A stretch of 64,000 bases of DNA from an uncultured delta proteobacterium (GTDB lineage: Bacteria; Myxococcota; Kuafuiibacteriia; Kuafuiibacteriales; Kuafuiibacteriaceae), in assembly GCA_963803435.1 (NCBI GenBank), contig CAWDML010000004.1, positions 224,001 to 288,000 on the forward strand, written 5' to 3'. Positions 55,305 through 64,000 of the stretch are shown one piece after another. The translations under genes and the position numbers were made by a program. Position 1 is the stretch's first letter. Each line of letters begins with the position of its first letter. The notes beneath the pieces are model-generated. The model worked only from the letters and a program-made list of their open reading frames with translations, searched no databases and was not told the DNA's origin.

Positions 55305-56305
55305 AACTCCATTTCATCGTGGGGATGTCGAGGGCGGGTACGACCTGGCTGGCGAAGACGCTGAACGAGCACTCCCAGGTGGTGGTGATCGGCGAGACCT
55401 CCTTCTTCGGCCGGGCCTGGGAGGATCCGGGACCCTCCGGCATCTACTCCACAGACCAGGTCCGAGCGATCGCCGGCCGCTACACAGGCCGCCGTGGGCG
55501 CGTGCAGGTGTTCTTCGGCGGCCTCGGGCTGCTCGCGGGCGGTCCGGGAAGCTATCGACGGATCGACGAGACGAACTGCGAGGCGGTCCTTGCGCGTGTC
55601 CTGAACGACGCACACGGACCTTCGACCCCGAGGATCCTCTTCGAGCAGATCGCCCAGGGGGTGGCGGACGCGGAGGACAAGAGCGTCGTCGTGGAGAAGA
55701 CGCCCCACCACCTGAACTGGGTCGATCGCATCGCAGAGAACTTTCCGGAGTCGAAGTTCGTCGTGCTGGTGCGCGACGCGTACGGCTTCATGCGCTCCTA
55801 CAAGCACTACGTGCAGACCGCGACCGCGCTCGATGGCGCCGGCAACAACCTCAACTACCACCCGGCTGCATGCGCCATGATCTGGCGAGGCTACGTCCGC
55901 TCGGCGTTCGACGTCCTCGCGCGCTATCCGGACCGCACCCTCCGGCTCGACTTCGACGCGATGACGAGACGTCCCGAGGAATCGATGGAGCGCGTCCAGA
56001 GCTTCCTGGGGGTCGCGCGCGAGACGATCGCCGGACGCGTCCCCCGCGACAACTCGAGCTTCAAGGGCCGGTCGGCAGGCGAGCTGGATCCCGATGACGT
56101 CTTTTGGATGAACCTGCTCGCAGCGGCAGAGCTGCGACGGATGGACATCCAGCCGAGGCCGACCGCGGTCGGGCCGAAGGCGATCGCTCGGTCCGTCGGT
56201 GCGCTCGGCCCGTGGGGCTACCGGGCCTTCCGCACGCTCTCCGCCAGGACCCAGGGCTCGGTGGTCGCGTACGTCCGGCGCTGGGTGAATCGTCCCACGG
56301 CGTGA
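55301..56305 (+). CDS. Sulfotransferase
   Basis: FIVGMSRAGTT PAPS loop, EKTPHH, FP..KF..LVRD...S. Confidence 0.88.
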   Translation: MKLHFIVGMSRAGTTWLAKTLNEHSQVVVIGETSFFGRAWEDPGPSGIYSTDQVRAIAGRYTGRRGRVQVFFGGLGLLAGGPGSYRRIDETNCEAVLARVLNDAHGPSTPRILFEQIAQGVADAEDKSVVVEKTPHHLNWVDRIAENFPESKFVVLVRDAYGFMRSYKHYVQTATALDGAGNNLNYHPAACAMIWRGYVRSAFDVLARYPDRTLRLDFDAMTRRPEESMERVQSFLGVARETIAGRVPRDNSSFKGRSAGELDPDDVFWMNLLAAAELRRMDIQPRPTAVGPKAIARSVGALGPWGYRAFRTLSARTQGSVVAYVRRWVNRPTA

Positions 56306-56309
56306 GCGA

Positions 56310-57251
56310 CTACCAGTTGGTGGATGTTTCGTACCCGGTGGAGATCAGGACCTGCTCGAGGATCGGCTTGATCGACGCCTTGTCGACGGCGCCGAGCTCC
56401 TCTCGCCAGCCTCGGGCCGGCTTCTCGGAGAGGTTTCCCAGCCGAGCGGTCGTCCCCTGTCGCATGCGCCCCTCGTCGTGCTGCCCGACCGCCTCTTCGA
56501 TCTCCAGGTCCGTCATCGACAGCCTGTGCCGCGCCACGAATTTGCCAAGCTCCCGCCTCGCGTCGGCTTTCCAGTCCTCATACCGCATGACGTCGATCCC
56601 ACAGGATTCCCGGTGCTTCTCCACCTCCGAGAGTGTCTCGACGTATGAGCGGGCCCAACCTTCGATCGAGGTCTTCTGTCCGAAGCGCTTGCGATACTTG
56701 ATCGACAGGCAAACGTCTCGCGGATCACGAACGATGAAACACATGATCGCTCCGGGATACGCGCGACGGAGCAGCGGCGCGATGCGAACATGGTTCCCGG
56801 CGGTGTCGATCGTCTCCACCCGACCGTGCGTCTCGGCCGGCGCGTCGAGGTCGAACGGACCAAGGTTGAACGGCATCAAGAGCTCCGGCCGCTTCACCCT
56901 GAACCCTTTGGTATGCTCAGGAAGCGTCCACAGCCGCCCGCGCTCGAACGACTCGAAGAGCACGTACAGGGCCCGCCCGGGAACCAGCGCCGGCGCCCGC
57001 GCGAGCCACGCCAGCGGCTTCCCGGTCTTTCCACCCAACAGCTTCACCTCGTGAATGAACACGTGCGTCCGCGCATGGCCCAGCAGCGCACCGATCCAGG
57101 TCGATCCGGCCGAAGGCGTGCTCATGACGAAGATCGGTCGGCGCTGCGCGCGATCTCCGTAGAGGGAGGGGACCACGCTGTGGGTGACGAAGGCGCCGAG
57201 CTTCCGCTCAGCCAGCAAGGTTCGCACGATGACCCGACCGATTCTCAACAT
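56310..57251 (-). CDS. Sulfotransferase
   Basis: PSAGSTW, IVRDPRDV.LS, RYED, WREEL. Confidence 0.85.
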   Translation of the reverse strand: MLRIGRVIVRTLLAERKLGAFVTHSVVPSLYGDRAQRRPIFVMSTPSAGSTWIGALLGHARTHVFIHEVKLLGGKTGKPLAWLARAPALVPGRALYVLFESFERGRLWTLPEHTKGFRVKRPELLMPFNLGPFDLDAPAETHGRVETIDTAGNHVRIAPLLRRAYPGAIMCFIVRDPRDVCLSIKYRKRFGQKTSIEGWARSYVETLSEVEKHRESCGIDVMRYEDWKADARRELGKFVARHRLSMTDLEIEEAVGQHDEGRMRQGTTARLGNLSEKPARGWREELGAVDKASIKPILEQVLISTGYETSTNW

Positions 57252-57321
57252 GAACGATCGCCTTCCACATGGGGCTTGCTATCGGACACGAGTGGACCAC
57301 CGGAATGGCAGCATCTACCAC

Positions 57322-58266
57322 TCACGAGCTGTGACGCGCCCGCAGTACGCGAATGAGCTCCCGCGTGCGCCGTCTCGTCATCGCGACCGCGTGCCTCGTG
57401 TTCGCCTCCAGCCTATCGAGGAGCGCGTGGCGATGGCCGACTTCGTAACCCTGCTCCCGGAGTTCCTTGCCATACACGACCTCGGTCACGAGCACTTCTG
57501 GTGCACCAGGCTGCTCCTTCCACCGATAGACCGACTTCGGATCGAACATCTGCGAGACGTCGTGGAAGGCCGAGTTATCATTCCAGCTCAGCCCTCTATC
57601 CGAAAACGAGGACAGGTCTGTCGTGATTGTGGATCCGAGAAACCGCGAAATGAGGGGGACGATTCGGTCCTTCTCGAGAATGAGATCCTCGAAGCGAATC
57701 TTGATGAGCCTCGGGTGCTCTAGAGCTCGTGCCGCCGCTGCGTCTCGCGCGTAAAGCGCAAGGTAGTGATGCAGCGAGTAGTCGGCAAAACGATTCTTGG
57801 CGGACAGCAGTACGTCGCGCATGTCGCGGGTCATGTGGATGATCCGGAGGTCGGTTTTTGCTAGAAGCTCCGCCATCCACATGCCGCAACGGGTGACCTT
57901 GGTTCCGATCACTGCAGCACTCGGGTTTTGGGCGCTCAGGACATCCAGCCCGCGATAGTAGAGCTCTTGCAGCGACGAGAAGTCCGGCTTGAGCCGATCG
58001 AATCCCGACTGGCCCATCCCGCTCGCTTCCGCCTTCAACTCGGCCAGCAAGACGTTTCGCGCCCGCTTCCCAAGCTCTTGGTCGATCCTTTCGATGTGGA
58101 GCTGACGTGAGGTCCAAAAGAGGGACTTGAAGAAGTCTCGAATGACGACGACCTCGGGCTGAGCGTTGAGGAAATTCGCCAGCATCGTCGTTCCCGAACG
58201 ATTCACACCCGTCACGAGAAGTCGTTTCACGCCGGTGCTCTCGACGCGATGTGCTGTGTCATTCAT
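57322..58266 (-). CDS. Sulfotransferase
   Basis: TGVNRSGTT, GTK, RDMRDVLLS, RFEDL, RWKE; ATG 58266 preferred. Confidence 0.85.
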   Translation of the reverse strand: MNDTAHRVESTGVKRLLVTGVNRSGTTMLANFLNAQPEVVVIRDFFKSLFWTSRQLHIERIDQELGKRARNVLLAELKAEASGMGQSGFDRLKPDFSSLQELYYRGLDVLSAQNPSAAVIGTKVTRCGMWMAELLAKTDLRIIHMTRDMRDVLLSAKNRFADYSLHHYLALYARDAAAARALEHPRLIKIRFEDLILEKDRIVPLISRFLGSTITTDLSSFSDRGLSWNDNSAFHDVSQMFDPKSVYRWKEQPGAPEVLVTEVVYGKELREQGYEVGHRHALLDRLEANTRHAVAMTRRRTRELIRVLRARHSS

Positions 58267-58291
58267 GTCGGACCTACTCCTCGCGAATGCG

Positions 58292-59557
58292 TCAGTAGTC
58301 GCTGCGCCATACGCCTTCGACGCAGCAGAGCCCAAGACACAATCCAATTCCAAGCGAGAAGGCCGGGCTGTACAGGATCTCCTCAGAAAAGAACCCTCGC
58401 AAGCACCACAGGACTAACATGATCCGGAGGAGCGAGTGAGCGTGACGTGCGGATCCGGGTTGAGCGGCGGCGCCCCAGGCCGGACGAAACCACATGCTCA
58501 AGGCCAGGATCAGGAAGGCGAAGACGAGCGAGAATCCTCCGCCCGCAAAAATCGTTGCAAAGACATTGTGCGTAGAGGGCGCAAAGCCATTCGGCGAGCG
58601 GATCGCAACTTGAGTTGGGATCCGTTGCGGTGACACGCCGAGGAGTGGGTGTTCCCAGCCGATCTCGAGGGACTGCTCGAGGATCCACAAGCGGTAGCTG
58701 TCGGAGGAATAGCCCGCCTCGGTCTTGTTGGCGCGGACCTCAATCACGCGCGTGTTGCCGAAGTTCTCGATTAGCAACATACCAGTGACCACGATCACCG
58801 AGATCAGAAGAAGGTTTCGAATCCTCCCGATCGACTTCAGCCCTAATACGGCGCCGATCGCGATCATCCCGAGCCACCCCGAGCGATTGCCGGACGAGAA
58901 CGTCGCCAAGATGGTCAGAAGGATTCCGCCGATCAGGAGCCAGCGGTAGAGGAGGGCGGACTTCTGCGTCACGAGGGTGTGGGCACCGATGAGCACCGCG
59001 GGGAGCAGGTACATCGAGAACGCATTCTTGTTCGCGATGCCCTGGAGGGGATTGATGCCCTCGGGGGACTCCAGGTCTCCGGTGACGAGGCCGCGGAGGC
59101 TGATGGCGGCGGCGGCCATGACGAACGCCAGGCCGATGGCGCGGAAGTCGGCGCGGGTGCGGATGCCGAGCGCGCCGGCGAAGACGATGACCATCGAGGC
59201 GGCGAACTTGAAGGTGACGGAGGTGCCGCGGGGCTCGATCAGGGCGGTCAGTGAGAAGAGCGCGAGGACGAGAAAGAGGCTCGCAGTGATGTGCTGGGGG
59301 ACGGAGCGGAGGCGGTTGAGGCCGATCAGGAGGATGATCGGGGCGGCGAAGTTGATCGGATGGACCTGAAGGCCGTCGATCTCGACGCGGAACATGGGAA
59401 AGGCCGAGAGCGCCAGGAGGAGCGTCGCGAAGGCGAGGACCCAGCCGGAGCGGCTGATTTTGGAGTCGCCGGGCTCTTCTTCGGGCACGGCGACCGGCGC
59501 GTGGCTCAACGCGCGGGGGGGGAATGGGGAGCGGGGGTCGACGCCGACGGCTCTCAT
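58292..59557 (-). CDS. O-antigen ligase/Wzy-like polymerase
   Basis: About 10-11 TM segments, NKNAF, SGNRSGW, R.......HPLLGV, THN.F. Confidence 0.8.
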   Translation of the reverse strand: MRAVGVDPRSPFPPRALSHAPVAVPEEEPGDSKISRSGWVLAFATLLLALSAFPMFRVEIDGLQVHPINFAAPIILLIGLNRLRSVPQHITASLFLVLALFSLTALIEPRGTSVTFKFAASMVIVFAGALGIRTRADFRAIGLAFVMAAAAISLRGLVTGDLESPEGINPLQGIANKNAFSMYLLPAVLIGAHTLVTQKSALLYRWLLIGGILLTILATFSSGNRSGWLGMIAIGAVLGLKSIGRIRNLLLISVIVVTGMLLIENFGNTRVIEVRANKTEAGYSSDSYRLWILEQSLEIGWEHPLLGVSPQRIPTQVAIRSPNGFAPSTHNVFATIFAGGGFSLVFAFLILALSMWFRPAWGAAAQPGSARHAHSLLRIMLVLWCLRGFFSEEILYSPAFSLGIGLCLGLCCVEGVWRSDY

Positions 59558-60505
59558 GGGCGCTCCTCCAGCGCGTCGACGATCCTGGACGCGATGAAGA
59601 GCTCGGTCTTCTCGGTCGACTCGACGGTCTTGCCGCCGATATGGGGGACAATGACGAGGTTGTCGTGGTCCGCGCGTACTTTAGCAGTGGATCGTCCCGG
59701 ACGACGTTCGGCTCGCTCGCAAGCACGTCGAGGGCCGCACCTCGGATCCGTCCCTCCTCCAGGGCCCTCAGGAGCGCGGGCTCCTCCAGGATCGGTCCAC
59801 GAGAGGTGTTGACCAGGATCGCGTCGCGCTTCATCGCGGCAAGCTCCCGCGCGGCGATCATCCCGCGCGTCGAGACGTCCAAGGGGACGTGAATGCTGAC
59901 GAGGTCGGACTCCCGCAGCAGCGCCTCCAGCGAAGGGACCCGCTCCACCCCGCTCGGAAAGTCGTCGCGCAGATCGTAGCCGAGCACACTCACGTCGAAG
60001 GCCTGCAAGTAACGCGCGACGATCCCGCCCAGGCGTCCCACACCGACGAGGCCCGCAGTCTTCCCGTGGAGCTCGCGTCCGACGAAGAGGTCGCGGTTCC
60101 AGACACCTTCGGCCGCGGATCGGAGGCGGTCGGAATCCGACGGAGAAGAGCCAGCATCAGGCCGATGGTGAGCTCCGCGGTCGCGCGCACGTCGCGGAGG
60201 AACTCCACCTCGCCTTTGAGGCTCACCACGCGAATGCTGCGACGTGGACAAGCGTCGAGATCGATGTGGTCGAGACCGGTGGTCGCAGTGGCGAGAATGC
60301 GACATCGCGGAGACGCACCCAAGAGGTGGCCGTCGATCCGCTCTCGCAACCGACCCATACCGCGTCGTGCGCCTTGAAGGCTTCGTGCAGAGCGAGACCG
60401 CCCGTGTCCACCAGGTGAACGTCTCCAACGCTTTCGAGGAGGGCACGCGCGGCCCCGAGAAAACATCTCGGGCTCGGCGACGAGGATACTGAGACGGTGA
60501 GCCAT
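59554..60505 (-). CDS. Phosphoglycerate dehydrogenase-like 2-hydroxyacid dehydrogenase (frameshifted)
   Basis: TATTGLDHID, ATAELT, GVGRLG, LVNTSRG, AALDVL..EP, PHIGG.T.ES across frames. Confidence 0.8.
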
Positions 60506-60515
60506 GCCCCGACCG

Positions 60516-61720
60516 CTCAGCCTCCTCGGGATACGAGAGCCGCTTTTGAACGTATGGGCGCAGGGTCACCAGCGCGTCCGCGATCCTCGGGCCGAATGGC
60601 CGTCGCCGTAAAGAGTGCTGGCAGCATAGCGTCCGTGCTCGAGTTGCCTTCGGATAGCTCTCCGCGATCGCGTTGCTCAGGGACCACGCGGTCCACGTGG
60701 ACGTCCGTCTCCCGAGCAGTTCTGGCGATTGCCGACCAGGACGACCGGCGTGCCGAAGAAGCTGGCGTCGCGGACGAAGCTGCTGGAGTTGCCGACGGCG
60801 CAGGCCGCATTCGCAAGGACTTTGAGATAGTGCTCGGGCGCCAGGTTGGTCAGCGTCCGAAGCCAGACCGCGTCGCAGCTCGGTCCGAAAGATGCGGATC
60901 GACTTGCTGATGTGGTCGGAACCCGCGTCGATGTTGGGCCACAGCAGCAGCGTCGGCATCGCGAGCTCGTCGAGCGCGCCGAGGCAGCGCTTCGCATCTG
61001 TCGCCCTCTCGCCGCCGAACTCCGTCGTGGTCGGATGAAACACGCACCAGCAGGAACGGCTTCGTGACGTCGATCGTCGCCCCGGATCCTCGCGCGTTGA
61101 CAATCTTCCTGGGACATGGATCGATCGAACGTTCGAGCCATGTCGCTGCTCGGGCAACCGATGCCCGAGAATCGTGTCCGGCCGTTCGCCCATGCGAACA
61201 GATGTACGTCCGCGATCGTTCGGTCGACGGGAAAATGGAAGTGGGCGAACTTCGTGATCGCGTGCCGTGCACTCTCGTCGATCGAGCCGCTGACTTCTCC
61301 GCCCTGCACATGCACGATCGTGATGTTCATGTACGCGGCCGCGATGGCCGCCGCCGAACGCCTCGTAGCGATCGCCGATGAGCAGGACAACGTCCGGGCT
61401 GGAGCCGCTGGAACTCGCTCGCGAACTCGATGACGGCGAACCCGACGCGACTTGGCCATCGTGATCGGCTTGCGAACCCTCGAGCTCGATGTAAGATCTC
61501 GCCGTCGACCCGAAACCCGTCGGCGCTCGACAACGCGCGCCGGCTTGTCGAACCGCTCCAGCACCATGGTGCCAGCCGTCACGACCTGGAGCTCGAGCTG
61601 CGGCTGCTCTCGAATCGCCTTCATGACCGGTTTCAGCCGACCGTAGTTGGCGCGATCGACCAGGACCACGCACACTCTTCTCTTCTCGTTCGGGGCCAAG
61701 ACCGCCTCGGTATTCAACAA
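60516..61720 (-). CDS. neuC: UDP-N-acetylglucosamine 2-epimerase, hydrolysing type (heavily frameshifted)
   Basis: RANYGRLKP, GDRYE, HVQGGEVSGSIDESARHAITKFAHFHF, FHPTT, WPNIDAG, VGNSSS, VGNRQ. Confidence 0.82.
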
Positions 61721-61869
61721 CTTCCCGGACAGTCAAGGGTGCCTCGACCGGCCCGGGAGATTCATTCGCGCGCCCCGCGCCAGCCCGTTGGCAGAAACTC
61801 GTTGCTCACCCCGACTGAACGCGTTACCGCGGGTGGGGCACACTACATCGGCCCCATTTGGACCGACCG

Positions 61870-63603
61870 ATGAAACCGCTGATTCTCGCCCTTCACTCGG
61901 GCCACAACGCGAGCGCCGTCATCGGCGACGCTTCGGGCATCCTCTTCGCGATTCAGGAAGAGCGACTGAACGGAGAGAAGAACTTTTGGGGCTTTCCAAG
62001 GCGGTCGATCCTGCGTGCCTCGAGGCTGTGCAGGCGGGGCCGGCCGATCTGGCGTGCATCGCCTACGCGGGACAGCAGGTCATGTCCCGATACCACATCG
62101 CGCGACGACGTGCTCAATGCGTATCGCCGGCAGAGCACGGTGGCGGGAAAGCTGCGGCACAGCGAGTGGCGATGCCGCTCTTGGTGGCGCTGCGACCGAA
62201 GCACGGACAATCGGCGCTGAGCCGGAATCTCTCCGAAGGTCGGGCTGGGCAACGTCCGGTCGACCACCACGACCACCACCTCGTCACACGCGGCAACCGC
62301 CTACTACGGCCTGCGGAGGTCGACCTCTGCCGGCATACCGTCCTGACGTGCGACGGCGCCGGCGATGGCGTCTGCGCGACTGTCTGCATGAATTCGGTCG
62401 TGACGGAGATGCGGGAGCTCCGGCGCGACCCATGGGAAGATTCGCTGGGCGCGCTCTACTCTTGGGTGACCTTCGTGCTCGGCTTCGTCCCGCTCGAACA
62501 CGAGTACAAGCTGATGGGCATGGCGCCCTACGCTTCCTGCGAGCGCGGCCGAGAAGGCGGCCGAGATGTTCGAATCGCTACCTCGGGCTTCGCGAGTGAC
62601 GGCCTCTCTTCCAGCGGCATGACCCCGCAGCGGACCAACGATCTCGGTGATCGGATCTTCGCCGACATGCGCGGAAAGCGGTTCGACCACATCTGCGCCG
62701 GGCTTGCAGAGGTTCACCGAGGATCTCCTCCTGCCAATGGACGGAGAACGCGGTCGCAGCCACGGGCATCACAGCGCGTACTGGCCGCCGGCGGCGTGTT
62801 CATGAACGTCAAGGCGAACAAGCGGATCGCCGAGGCGCCGAAGGTCGACGTCGTTCGAGGCCTTCCCGTCATGCGGCGACGAAACGATCCCGTTGGGTGC
62901 CTTTTGGCTGGAGGCGGCCAAGCGGTCGGGGAACGATTCGTCGGCGCCGCTCTCGCACTTCTATCTCGGCGACGATCTCGACCCGGAGGCGACGGAGCGA
63001 GGCGGTGCGGACGTCGGGCTTCGAAGTATCGAGCGGCCAGAGCGACATGGCCGAGGGGCCGTCGCGGGCCTGCTCGCCGCCGGGCATCCGGTGGCGCGGT
63101 GCTGCGGGGCGGATGGAGTTCGGCGCCCGTGCCCTCGGCAATCGGTCGATTCTCGCCGATCCGTCGAACCCGGACGTCGTCCGCGTCATCAACCAGATGG
63201 TCAAGAAGCGAGACTTTTGGATGCCCTTTGCGCCGATGATCCTGGATGAACTCGCAGGAGCGAGTACATCTCCACAACCCGAAGCAGCTACGCAGCCCGT
63301 ACATGATGATGACGTTCGATACGCCGCGAGAACTTCCGCGAGCTGATCGCCGCGGTTCACAACGCGGACCTAACGTGCCGGGCCCAAATCCTCGCCGAGC
63401 ACCAGAACCCGGAGATGCACGCGATCATGCCGACGCGTTCCGGCGAGCAGCACGGGTCGAGGCGTGGTTCTCAACACCTCGTTCAATTTGCACGGGCTCC
63501 CCATCGTTCGCACGGCCGAAGGACGCGCTGCTATGTCCTTCAGAACTCGGGTCTGGAGCACCTCCAGCTGGGATGCTTTCCTACTCAGCAAAGCAACGCG
63601 TGA
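61870..63603 (+). CDS. NodU/CmcH family O-carbamoyltransferase (heavily frameshifted)
   Basis: HNASA, QEERL..K, DHH, DGAGD, EYKLMGMAPY, AGGVFMNVKAN, EFGARALGNRSILADP, KKRDFWMPFAP, LNTSFNLHGLPIV. Confidence 0.85.
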
Positions 63604-63613
63604 GGGAGGGCGC

Positions 63614-64000
63614 GTGAGCTCCGAGCTCGGCTTCATACCGGGCGGCCATTCTTCGAGGGCGCGGGCCTGTGGACGGATGCTGGCACGGGCCGCCTCCTCG
63701 AGCGCCCTCCAGCGAGCGACTCGGTCGTGTGGCCTCTGCATGAGCCGCGAGCAGCGCGTCCGACCGACGACCACCTCCTCGCGATCCACGGGGCAGATCT
63801 CGTGGAGCTGCCGACATGCCCAGCTATCCGCCGGCGGTCCCTACGCGCCGCGTGCATGCGCGCCACCGGCGAGGTCGACGGCGTTGGATGCCGTGGTCAT
63901 CCAGCTTCCCTTCCAGACGCCTGCGGCATTGGTGCGGCCGAACGGCCGCGGGTCTACCATCTATGCGCCGACGTGAAGTCGCTTGTCGAGCTCGACCGGT
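63614..64000 (+). CDS. Probable 5' part of a further polysaccharide-locus gene; product not recognisable
   Basis: GGGAGGG before GTG 63614 directly after the carbamoyltransferase; frame unreliable. Confidence 0.25.

Noticed and set aside
59554-64000. Dense frameshifts as pseudogenisation or programmed frameshifting
   Set aside because: Catalytic motifs remain intact, indels also hit unrelated genes, and density rises toward the window end, which fits long-read error. Read-level polishing is needed to be certain.

Overview
High-GC bacterial genomic DNA, most likely from a Myxococcota (deltaproteobacterial) organism. This is inferred from mevalonate-pathway genes, a MYXO-CTERM-like sorting motif, MopE-type Cys/Asp repeats, a Ser/Thr kinase with an AgmX/PglI-like tail and Myxococcus-type LexA boxes. 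Single-base frameshifts interrupt many otherwise intact genes and become dense after about 59.5 kb, as expected of an uncorrected long-read assembly. 1-36 kb: typA, mvaD plus a GHMP kinase, lemA-TPM-TPM, an AhpD-like/mycofactocin-type SDR pair, a split imuB ... dnaE2 SOS cassette with no imuA and separate LexA boxes, a beta-barrel/FecR/Ser-Thr kinase operon, housekeeping enzymes, an ~1810-aa MopE-repeat protein whose internal MYXO-CTERM runs in frame into a second lipoprotein signal and a vWA domain, a PilZ protein and a Macro-SIR2 fusion. 37.3-39.7 kb: a complete IS21-family element inserted in a lipoprotein gene. 36-64 kb: a Wzx/Wzy-type surface polysaccharide locus with an APS kinase, three sulfotransferases, NeuC, a carbamoyltransferase and a 14-repeat beta-propeller lipoprotein. 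No rRNA, tRNA or CRISPR array was recognised. All family calls come from motif recognition by eye; no database search was run.
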